From: Flectonema sp. DT1601 | Taxonomy: Eukaryota | Length of the DNA: 64,000 bases | Assembly: GCA_964019425.1 (NCBI GenBank) | Contig: OZ025802.1 | Coordinates: 930,001-994,000, forward strand | Direction: 5' to 3' | In this document: piece by piece, positions 63,001 through 64,000 of the stretch | Layout of the letters: each line of letters opens with the position of its first letter | Position numbering within the stretch: the first letter of the stretch is position 1 | Notes under the pieces: generated by a model | Databases searched by the model: none | What the model was told of the DNA's origin: nothing | Seen by the model: only the letters and a program-made list of their open reading frames with translations | Position numbers and translations under genes: made by a program

Positions 63001-64000
63001 CGACAACGCGTGTGAATGGGAAGGAGCGATCTCACCGGGCCACTGTACCCGTACTTACTGTGACAGGTACTCGAACACCACTGAGTGTGGACTTGACGAC
63101 AAGTGCAAGTGGGATTTCGGATCGTGCATCAAGGCTGGATGCACCAAGCACACCGAGTCCGGATCGCATTGTGATTGCAATGCGGATGCCGAGTGCTTCT
63201 GGCACGACAGCACCTGCGTGGACATCAACTACGGAGCTTGTCCAACGATGGACATCGTGATCCTCCTTGATGGTTCGACTTCGATGGGAGAGGACTTTGG
63301 CACCCACCCTCACGGATTCTATGCCGTGTTGGAAATGGTGAACGACTGGATCATTAACCAGCTTCCGTTGGCCAATTCACTGGGTCGCTACGGAAAGGCA
63401 CCAAGGTATGCTGAGGGCCTCGCCCGTGTTGGGTTCGTGCAGTTCTCGGGAGACTCGGCGCTTCTCGAACCGAACAAGCCGTTCACGCAGTCGGCAATCT
63501 TGTCGATCACCGACACCAGAGGAGGACTGACGGGATACACACCGGAGATCACTCGGGACTTGGACTGGCACCAGAAGAACTTTGCCGGCAAGGGTACGTA
63601 CATCGCGGAGTCCCTGAAGAAGGCGGCCACGATCTTGTCGACGAACCCGACCAAGAGCGGTAAGAAGTTGGTGATCATCATTTCAGACGGGAAGTTTGAG
63701 GACGATCCAATTTACATCACGAAGGGAGTCGATGCCCTGAAGGCGGTTGACGCTTACGTGTTGGGTGTCGTGGTGAGAAAGTTGATAATCCACACGAAGG
63801 TCGACCTCGATGCGGAGGCTTCGCTGAAGTCGATCTCCGACTACGTTGCGAACTTCCGTTTGGACGATGTGAAGGATGGACTGTTCAAGAAGCTGTGCAG
63901 CCCTGAGACTGTTTGGGGGAAGCACTTGGTCTCCGTTGACAGCAACTCTCACGTTCCGTGCGGATTCCACGCGATCTCTGACACTTGCAACAAGGACACC
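32981..64000 (+). CDS. Giant VWA/C-type lectin/EGF-like surface protein, copy 2 (5' end present, runs off the window)
   Basis: ATG after an A-rich context (CTAAAAAATG). In frame with 43,886, the equivalent of base 1. The ORF track lists no stop-terminated ORF in this frame, consistent with >31 kb of open frame. Segments translated by hand give lectin, VWA and Cys-repeat motifs. Confidence 0.93.
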   Translation, partial: MRSFGFVLAALLPVCLAGTYEQNVPKNVFNVDCQTIVFTTGECDCNTVIPGASIDVEEGYVNGRDTLSCPACAGLGIQTQWISGTGVLKLTGNGKTINDFAKAIDSINFLTTSGDGNSRRITYNYGHALYTSITGHFYEYYPTSECSTSACRWDDGQASCADKKLDVLGLVGYLATITSAGERDITNAKIQGHGWLGGSDVGRESTWKWVTGPEGCPPYDTSVTGAQRSACDFGYPLPDTKNPCSGPDCNGGTLMGTGASWWFRRSAFGNWAGGEPNEYSRHCGGTCFTTGEDFLHFYGNNGLWNDYPHRHNSIDGFMCEWGGVGELCMDSGDVFKSYVLVSGCDGFKSQDKCEAHIPVGSCAWDINTGSCIPHGCHVHEDEAQCGQDPLCDWDLTVSPAACVDNKCASSHTDVSSCNGDLVSPCRWDDNQPDGAQCQPLNCGDITDMCTCTKLGNLCLWDPSSKTCLDPDQSTCPAADVIFVVPGTKHAGTQFGTHTNGYYGLMEHLRHWTSSAHMAGASDSNYGFRAAYVTYGRNGKSITASDSTGAPATFDNCKTWDPVTGTTGNNGGFSMNPHALNMDISFLENFYCPNWAGSGSYAVPGLQTALSSVQAASANGRKKYVFIVAESELSDSSTDLANVVNQIKAVPDTEVFGIVPRALQGSTSTDVQAEAKLKPLVTSDKHIVNVELANLGDEVLSKLCDASTTFGSVISTKSDVGCRQRDETDCKGAHLCLWDISNSPSCVNSPCLQKCTEVECNSQAGCQWDAALGVCEKDIVDCSLHNGDKAACENNENCVFEPVWAAADTCATNPCRDLTDSTSCVAETETVSAPCVDPPGNPDYCKLSVCEYDDSKSPKCNVKKCLQKDQTKCEAEDGCLWEPLQTPPPTGPPSTLVTYCAEKKCDYPSQPACVADPKGQCQWDDGSQTCKELPCVHNPDELTCDNDPVCHWDISTNPPGCIETPCGKNKNQGDCEASGDCMWNNDNPAKPYCETLNCGELKTACECQESPHCTWHQAGQYSHCVDPLYSTCPDLDIGFIIDGSGSMSLRFGNHPHGFFALMNMLQDWVKTLPLTGEDHTVGAQSTVRGGGFRVSFIQFSKANASPAEDHPTNCAIGACTDGKLSGMRSELLGDIQWHETNYQSQWTYIHDALLDVAENTFDPLHSPAHREHIVIILADGGLTDYDGDACSWGICGICPWGCDSSYKPSYKAILDDGYAKLVADNVTVFGVVIRRFASSNFQDRNAENKLKPLVSSPRDDHFLSLQMDEIPDKLLKSLCDPNSKFGAIVAPAVNVDHFPCASWGYRDECMSDETCEWVTPKLTTCDATTGCPQLNCQELPIHYRGIYECNKCRLARTVITCGANVASSIVGTCRQTACMACCNSTCCDAKPECSWNTTDSTCTRDVCEHPNKDDCENDANNLCKWDPVTKDCSKKECEATFEQHKCAANPECLWDAGVDPPVCLPIPKCDTYTAEAQCVTDVQCTWNCTDSDCRYTLCPFANEVDCLSSTDCEWSGTICVEKPCRYNTSSECAAGCDPNCKWDNKTSTEHCRQDHCKKHAGNPACDKDPRCHWSGTTCDEDYCADYDNDEVECKDDPRCTWSKDASLGCVLTNCSKDHGIPSTASCAPDVNCKPGTDATGDYCEPTQCHDLDSCECPQKAGCYWDPNGGATNSGECKEDAGSLCPDLDVVFLLDGSGSMSARFGSHPHGYQGMIEVLKDWVNTIPLTHEPAHTTSTVTGGTFRLAFIQFAKTSEYWACKNDGSGCNRNTWGCRNPDVSQLPGAKCADGTFSGDLTELQNDLTWHERNYMGSVTYMSKALEDAVQVFDDSPANRKHVVVIITDGSLNPRSRQSREIPPLRAQLDAKDVITFGVVVRKGQSHTKADLDAEATLKPITSDPHDDHFVNVPLDDMLDHVFKDFCDPASPFGKAVSTGGTRAAVLPCSKWGLESECHADASCEWTSALPATCVKPSGCKNLNCLELSGTQAQAYTCEQCVLVGSVVTCSAGTKNTGTGQCLQSDCSTACIVSTCANKNGCVWNGGLCQEEQCDYANRTACENDAICKWNTTKSPEECEKKQCTHFAAGPCNGDKNCTWDDATQKCYPNNPECDKIKNDALCLAEPSGKCTWNCITDGCEVKKCVYTSSVDCTRIASCQWDNAGQVCQEKHCVWTKENECNADAVCNWENNNCVVNDCYQHGTELLCVQDDKCEWDTANCGICNEKYCQKYNNKAACDSDIKNECRFDDATQSCVDKNCVDYNNGALYSAGASCPCKSDATCQFDTTTTPPLCKATEFENCPNLDIAITFDGSCSTNNAFGQHPSGFEGMLAAVHDWIVTAPLTGEAAGKTSTDTNGRMRLAINQYSSQVHVADCPNCACDNLDFPINGVNTTKCGKLSGDLGELKQDLGWHASAAGKATQTCESRLKPVEEFATEVFKQSPSTRMKILIVVTDGVMTDKDELATTTAALVAQGVKIFAVNVMKGASATNTDDVALASLESKIVTTPAAQNAQGSDLDSLSELFDTFCDPSGKWGATVTAGTTGTTQVKKCSDLTTVLLCDAKLTCDWDGTSLLCGDHACFTHCNETTCLSDPQNTCNWNATSQSCEKIPCDEVTKQDECEKHTECTWDVTKSPQCTEDPCPARTEDACIQLNGCQWATDPAPAKCEPIPCNFGNDSVACNAEPGCEFDDVCPDAVDQLCRLKPCAQDKHLTLAGCQADRLCVWNSSNQCEQAACVQYPDEKCCDHYSNCHWDVSQSPAVCSEKYCPRTHDNQVECDKDTKCMWNSTDGTCIEKNCVELEECRCRADAECFWDHQHHTPHCSDSKFGECPVLDVVFLIDASGSMGWRFGRHPNGFYALMEIFRDWMMTVSLTGEKGGENKLGTVDGIRIGFIQFSGSNPRWWRRGSAWAKKTPANTGTGGRLSGDRNELHADIDWHENKFYRWGTMIEKGLTMAGDVFDAAHATNGRKRILIIISDGRIFDPSKLANARKVLNQENVQTFGVVIRRQAAHTKADRDAESTLKPITSDVHDEHYMNIQMDEVRTDMLDLLCDPNGPWGHLIVDQTKTQAGVHRPCTHYQGNAQTCAADPGCIFSPTTNLCVDSPCSHHCGEVQCTADNVNLCVWNSTTGDCWKDTECAHTTKNTCEGDRVGCNWDDTRDPKCEKTPCTYDSETNCLLDQTCEWTTDPVTAAVGCTPIKCLYNDSSTCGNDPECEWRTNICTGTVDCEEKKCTFTSQTVCLKDPACEWENSKCQTQPCAHYLEESCCDKVDECKWDVTTTPAVCDEAKCPKYPDPTQCNADTECFWTANATGVEKCLPLDCSKLTDRCGCDSNPKCYFKPTPTGGMCTVVEFGECPTLDIAIIIDGSGSMGWRFGKHPHGFYALIEVLRDWVVTLPLNGESGSVGINSKRNNGGVRVGFIQFSGKYRRSEAKTSTPSVGTGGRLSGINKELQDDLDWHHNNFYNKGTYIKKGLELAVDMFHDSRMDDDRQRVLIIFGDGQIFDRTQLAAARSDLDKEEVQVFGIVLRRQSQHTRSDLNAERTLKPITSDPHDEHFENVLIDEVSSLIKDICNPNGPWGHLIVNHIPTPTTGHHLPCPDYKVQANCVGDPGCVWSDAGIACVNSPCLLHCDSTNCTLAAASHNCSWNATAGECFKEPVPDCHCKFDTNDDTYNKQKCDANAECFWNAPLSKCEVDECSANNAGAVCAAAGQTCTDPNKEPCSLHDWTCECTPPATGSKVADVAECVLDECIVMGCPTCANGTCPTGQTCKDPNPSASSTNDWMCECDDPATGSAIIGVADCKIDECTYDCASCEKNTCATKGQSCLDPDQSSTSLNDWMCVCAPPATANKTVGLADCRFNECDLVTVCDANGQKCVDPDLEKKDDWKCVCKDPAVGASIGKPAICVLNECNTTCATCANDTCTSQNQVCDDPNKSETSTGDWTCTCVPPATGQATGNNADCLIDECTYTCPTCANTTCSDDSQACLDADKTSTSLGDWECICPPPSNATQLTGIANCSIDECDLHRDICTNQGQLCHDPNGLKQGDWMCICVPPSNGTNVGDVAACKIDECVATCPTCANDTCSAQSQECNDPDPSADVTGDWTCKCVPPAVGNATANAAHCVIDECTFTCDTCANTTCSDATQECFDKDTTSTSKNDWECVCPPPSNATEVTAVANCSFDECDLHGDTCTRHGQVCNDTGLLTLDDWECICVPPATGSNVGDVAACQIDECIADCPTCAGTNCSDAHQVCVDDNMNATSTGDWHCDCVPPLNGTAVVDAASCTIDECVSVCPTCANDTCSGVGQTCFDPDKSATNTSNWICTCVPPAYDFAVAQAAHCVVNECHDHEKTCHAAGQTCEDPDTTPSASGDWVCKCVPPATNAGTTQQGGVAMCDYPGDCSDTMVSDVCTNAGQVCDDPTDIMTPGDWTCECVPPAILAMGSNPVQGAPSDCVHDECVLVCPTCADTGSGNICSKHGQVCKDSNTSSLSLSDWVCECNPPEKPVDPSAVAVAKPAECQLNECIETCATCQNGKCNGQTCEDPNMDPTITNDWTCTCIAPGVGVATGKEAACVCDECLTTTVCGNQTCFDTNTSCPAGNDFTCTCQPPSIDFDVAAPAVCKYDECKEKSGECNAVGQTCNDPNLTVAGDWECECIPPQLPDGRNSTNDKHAVCKLDECVQTCPTCANNTACGSQTCKDPNTDPTMVGDWTCTCVEGVGFATGKQAECVCNECLNTMICENANQTCYDADKSCPPKNDFDCECQPPSADTAVAAAAICTYDECIDHKASCTQVGQVCKDPDTAVGGNWICECVAPQVQQGNTVQGRPVTCAIPECDVVGCPTCANDTCSGAGQTCFDPNTDPSSLRDWTCTCELPGVGFATGKPADCVCNECLNSTTCSDADQTCHDADKSCPPRNDFKCECKFPSSDSAVGQAVAVCTNPECEKNKAVCASVGQTCVDNNITRDNDWECVCPLPSLGIGLMQPAACTLVECDQTCSTCANDTCSSVGQTCSEVSTDPTDVNDWECVCKPPATGRASGAAAHCERDECKEHGDKCTLNCKTGSLDCAQKCVDPDKSVTSLNDWKCICEPPSSNYAVGKSAKCSVDPCVADNEEACLNDNAGCEWTELPTRTCKKIPCEFDNPASCNSTADCDWVSTAGSRGGLGSISYDNVNAVSPFASVTCDGISFTGSCSCNMLLGAAGEKGGAQVTIEDGYSKGSDSLECTGCAGAGIESVWNANTGTLILKKSAGAGATARELVEAIKTVAFRTSSSDGNLRGLTWNLGNAMYSKRTSHYYRHFTAAECNGAGGGCTWEEAQNMCSSKSLFGLTGYLMSVTSGAENSLAKGKLEGSGWIGAMGSGNSWKWVTGPDATKGPSPCRSFTGGASSCDFAGVDSGKGYPIGSGVADQFVAAQVLGLAAYNQWDTSEPTQSGRFASFAVPSGEWSTPGSSSDGFICEWGEIGNACLATADDLWGTVDLVAGVCKEKRCTESSQAECEVDPFCNFVGGNVDPCVPKPCTEYPDEKSCDKDERCDWDTSVAPGLCSETVCEKLKTAELCEKHPDCDWDTLTGHCKEQICPVNTDRCSCNEEPKCFWSDSADAAARQCVDSKYALCPVMDMIIMFSGTKNMAQVFGRHPVGFDAVTSILRDWVSTMYLTGERYTVNPSVANGGGVRVGLVQFAGELAPSTTVVTKAVRTSPTGVGESGQLSGDMNELLEGITYHESNYLMGQGAYIVPALEKASSMFTSTPIGRKRVLIVLTGSTIKDIDQVQPSQNKLETQGVEIFGAVIRRMDTKTAEDIRAEAAMKPLATDPAVDHSDGIKVDDLEAILHGICDPNSKWNVATSPAVPQAGVHKPCAQYGSQKDCTADKGCVYSGVFQKCEASPCIAHCGEVQCNADNVNLCEWDAANQTCWKRELCPHHNSTACEDDPACDWNSSASTVEDKCVERECNYKSEQECAAEVLVKCDWDSASRTCGLTPCQHANETSCTADASEHCEWDVCVASHNSADACRKDRCLDYGAEYSNCTQDPMCRWDALAGNGKCLRKTCTEFGDERCCNDQDGCFWDISVSPALCSEKLCESLKQDQGACGTEPTCEWDSAKNTCVDKDCSVMERCDCEKDVDCFWRSANGTESCTWKSYGECPAMDMVLLLGGSSTMGLPFGRHPKGFNGMTEALKKWVATIPLSGEAASVGLGSKPTGIRVGVVQFGGENKDGGNPGRADAKTAPVGVGAAGQFSGDVAELKADLDWQEDNFYGSGMMIANGLGVAERMMRDYSPQDGRKKVVVILADGKMYDTDTVSGTIASMQVQGVEVFGAAIRRQPVSTLVDQNAVASLRTIATSPSSGHVANIVLDELVDTTKSLGGICDSNAFFGKLLVDAQPDTTVAVGGQHKPCDQHLEKSPCNIDPGCVWFDASLSCVETLCMQHSCNQSSCEQDVANGCVYETATHRCWKEPKDCSLYTNMTKCAEDAECQASSDKTTCVDKKCDHDDEKGCIADSDLCVWDNLQSICGERPCSATTEADCKLATGEQCVWNTLLPVNGTTESFAKGKPMQPFNSVGTTGYPEDCSAGMFAGGSCSCATTLSEAHVGVEEGYTPSKDVFECPKCASLGVNTEWNSATGIMTLRAAGSAAGGTADTFLKAIREVTFTTTSDDGNARKLTWNLGGAFYSSNTGHYYRYFAKSECGGVQGGCRWDEAKTACESDSRMIFGLRGYLLSINTETETKALMGRISGEGWIGATDAGANEGEWRWMTGPEALTGTTPCGAFGNNRASCDVSIDLASGKLVGADAAKGVSIGSGVGSRFTAVSYANWAIGQPDDSHTACPGSCAAWGEDFAQYSIPSGTWRDAPGDASDVAGFVCEWGGVGSLCVQSNAFGSKFVTAGVCEEKKCTTDIESECKRDPYCKWENNTCGIKKCAEYPDEVTCEQDEICDWNPAVSPAICEQNPCTRYLDNSTCEADSNCMVDPTGKAKSLCVDKDCNEYDKCKCKNDVECYWKNNSCVNSNYGECPTLDIVAIVDGSGSMSQSFGRHPHGYYGLVSILKDWVKNLPLSGELANIGAASTLTQKTRVGFVQFSGHPQYSDPATGVWSGPIVNDVATTPMGTGAGGRISGSITELNGDLAWHQSNYLDAGTYIANALITANDMFSKQSPQDSRTKVLIIFTDGVISDIDKTSTPKSSLEGKGVMIFGIMIRRGDIPSSVDLTAEETLKKIASEPNRVYNLQIDDIPDVLSKVCDPTDKWGAEIAKVPKSQTGVHLPCQFYVEKKPCDVDPGCLWSDVLSSCTDSVCIGYCSEQDCVADTANHCKWENDECVKFKPCSYTQKVQCEQDTECRFNDTSNECGEKPCTHSDENSCVAETTYECEWVPGTQECIEKPCVQLTDSGSCAADAQCEWDSACDKDVCIKKVCQHVAMDQCELDTLCAWVGSACQRRTCGNLVDEKCCVEDEQCFWDVSAAPGVCRKEPCLEYNSTNCNDQRECRLDTSNNCKPKDCVNYDQCSCEGDADCFWIAAAQTCTSSAYGQCPTMDIVLLIDGGDSMKKAFGRHPFGFYGLTNVLRDWMMTLPLNGESGSVGSNSRSGTDQARVAIVQFAGSEIWAPGNERQYRVSPPGVGTGGRLSGMRSELVADLADHEANFMGADAALQPIPRKTYLLGGLAKAASLFKNSPVDRTKILIIFADNAMDDKSAYATAQSELNRLQVNVFGAVVRPYDVRGPIDTGAESALTTVTSNVQSEHTVNKQLDELAAVLEGLCDPSTPWGKYIAKKDGGGRQPCPNHKDKTVCNKDSGCAWHDQTLSCGDTPCLTHCAEANCTADTINTCVWNSTVGCEKEKTCDHTNPDDCRVDDKCQYDDVSKSCVAKKCDHEAEQGCLADPDVCVWNNLNKVCGEKPCNIHEERECNNHINCTWNTSSRTCNVDKCLWTSVDECNTDPYCVWEGAGGAGSADPCVQKKCTEHMTELECELEADCDWDTSISPGICLETYCRRYGNDSGSCDSDGKCMFENSTDTCVDKDCSTFEVCRCQKDPECFWSADASPASCKAAQFGECPQLDIVVMIDGSDSMNLVFGRHPSGYVGVIEMLRSWVSGLPLSGEKAGVPSTKNGNTRVGFVQFGGLAQFPTQSARKAPASVGSEGRLSGDKMQALGDLSWHASNIVGGETYIARGLDMAADMFMASPKDGRKRVLIILNDGKILDADSLTTPRSRLIQKNVYTMGVVIRRFDAQSPVDMDAEGALKKLTFDPVTKQPADDMITNVVLDDLMAKLNSLCDPTKLWGQRIVDRVGQQVGVHRPCGNYQDKVMCGKDAGCVWRDVIDACVDTPCTLHCQEGECNTDVANKCVFDSSSQVCSKTDTCAAHDQAACSLDAECKFNTTSNGCEEKPCKHTNEGSCVADKTYECEWVPNTQECIEKPCVQLTDSGSCAADAQCEWDSACDKDVCIKKVCQHVAMDQCELDTLCAWVGSACQRRTCGNLVDEKCCVEDEQCFWDVSAAPGVCRKEPCLDYSADTCNDYKNCLYDSGSSSCLPKDCSKHDQCGCGSDADCFWVQAVQSCIPQIYGQCPTMDIVLLIDGGVSMKSTFGRHPVGFYALTNVLRDWMMTLPLNGESANVGVNSVPDTEQARLAIVQFAGSTVFDKPGNDGQFRVSSVGTGGRLSGMRSELMADFKDHEDNFMGANAALQPTPTKTYLLGGLNKAVSIFKTSPVVRMKVLIVITDDELDDKDMYQTARAELAQMNVQIFGAVVRGFDASGPSDQNAESTLRKVTTESQLEHTVNVQIDGLEAVLKSICDPSLNWGKDITKYKVVKERQPCQLYHDKTKCNKDAGCTWYDDTLSCGDSLCLTHCKSSNCTADRGNLCVWNATTGCEKEKVCDFSAAECANHPECGFDGKNCVAKTCDHENEQGCLADPDTCVWNNLQKSCGGVPCVYDAADECNKDVNCTWNATGLKCEVDRCRWTTKGECESDVFCEWKNRRNQPEECVQKICVEHADENSCRRDENCEWDTSIAPGICTETYCRTICGDSCTSTERIACNADERCMSRDNNGTTNCVNMNCDELDACACHGDLACFYLADEQACVNKKYGACPTMDIVLVIDGSGSMSNSFGRHPHGFDAMISGLSEWIATLPLSGESASVVNPAPDTRKMRVGVVQFSGRVEAGSVVDAALKPPAGVGSSGRITGALQELKDDLEWHSSNYAAKGTYVAEALGVAATMFKNTPVGAKRAVIIITDGKLQDTPAEMTPRRSALETLGAQVFGIVVRRFPSQTDVDRDAEAALRPITSAPQSDHFVNLDMDDLVSQDGPLTKLCDPNSAWGKNIALSTVGGGLHQPCALYAKKPGCVADAGCAWGDHTLTCSDTPCILHCNSTACDDDVENACRWDAATSSCYKKDVCNEPTEPLCILSKDDCEWVDNRQPPCQTRVCSHTDEIGCLADVVGCKWSDITKKCTVVPCQATVQSECVGGCEWNATDDTCVVKNCLYTQEQECKDDVLCAWFPVNNTCAERPCAKYLSEKQCDEQLLCKWDVTAPPGSCQTPYCSRFNKEKCDAEPGCIYKTGLVVPGYQSPVDVCVEKNCRDIPNPCACQADPECYWAIHNGVGVCEEEKFGQCPTLDIVLVLDGSGSMSQSFGRHPHGFYAMMEMLKTWAQSLPLSGEDATVGINSALTGAVRLGVIQFSGNPTMLSPQGVVVGSSQRVPPGVGTGGRLSGDLTQVSTDLLWQENHYLAESTYIEEALVASLDLFSGSPLDGRKKVLIIITDGELKDADRLTVSRSKLNQAGVIVFGAVIRRSAAATPTDAAAEAALLPIVSEPKDGHFANLIVDELPLEVLDTLCDRNGRWGKYVVDNGAGRQPCQYYESQSPCNRDKGCVWHDSTLSCGNTPCFEHCDEQVCNADTVEKCQWDNTLGLCFRIPVCDFDMEQQCTADPYCAWDAVKNCTEIPCKHESEDSCLSDPKGCIYDTIKRTCLPDPCKDKPELACSLLSPQCVWDTAALVCKKEECNNCGVDHQCCNDYAKICEWNSTVSSCQQKKCVEHVTELECADDNACEWEGAISPGHCTRTYCDRYSNTTECGLDDKCKWDFGSCIKAGCTKHTESGSHCDCNADAECFWHDSTCVDINYGACPTMDIVILLDGSTSMGEDFGTHPHGFYAVLEMVNDWIINQLPLANSLGRYGKAPRYAEGLARVGFVQFSGDSALLEPNKPFTQSAILSITDTRGGLTGYTPEITRDLDWHQKNFAGKGTYIAESLKKAATILSTNPTKSGKKLVIIISDGKFEDDPIYITKGVDALKAVDAYVLGVVVRKLIIHTKVDLDAEASLKSISDYVANFRLDDVKDGLFKKLCSPETVWGKHLVSVDSNSHVPCGFHAISDTCNKDT
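33032..34010 (+). other. N-terminal lectin module 1 (beta-rich domain plus C-type lectin domain, EPN/WND)
   Basis: GHFYEY...WDDGQASC...GYLATITSAGE...GWLGGSD...WKWVTGPE...NWAGGEPNE...EDFLHF...LWNDYP...FMCEW. EPN at 33,803-33,811 and WND at 33,890-33,898. Confidence 0.85.
34400..43700 (+). repeat. Six N-terminal VWA + Cys-repeat units (seen only in copy 2)
   Basis: VWA starts near 34,402 (CPAADVIFVVPGTKH), 36,070 (DGSGS), 38,027 (DGSGS), 39,860 (DGSCS), 41,444 (DASGS) and 43,016 (DGSGS). Confidence 0.85.
43886..64000 (+). repeat. Tandem duplication, copy 2 of the overlap visible in the window
   Basis: TGGAATGCAACTGCTGGGG at 43,886 equals base 1; the window end AAGGACACC equals 20,107-20,115. 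Confidence 0.98.

Noticed and set aside
1..64000. CRISPR array, rRNA/tRNA, or autonomous mobile element
   Set aside because: Repeats are in-frame protein modules or the whole-gene duplication; no repeat-spacer array, RNA gene signature or transposase/RT motif was seen.

Overview
Eukaryotic (protist-like) genomic DNA with two head-to-tail, nearly identical copies of one giant + strand gene, at a period of exactly 43,885 bp (1-20,115 = 43,886-64,000). Copy 1 lacks its 5' part, has three GT-AG introns (27,282-27,432; 27,587-27,749; 28,291-28,433) and stops at 28,972. After a ~4 kb AT-rich spacer, copy 2 starts at ATG 32,981 and stays open to the window end, so the ORF track omits it. Joining the copies gives an inferred 39,420-nt CDS (13,139 aa) for a type I membrane protein. 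It has a signal peptide, 19 VWA domains separated by short Cys-rich CxW repeats, three C-type lectin modules (EPN, degenerate EPT, QPD), 26 EGF-like repeats, membrane-proximal EGF domains, one TM helix and a short tail with GYQDF. I do not recognise it as a named protein; it looks like a giant multivalent adhesion or uptake receptor. No rRNA, tRNA, transposase or CRISPR was seen. Domain names come from motif recognition, not database searches.
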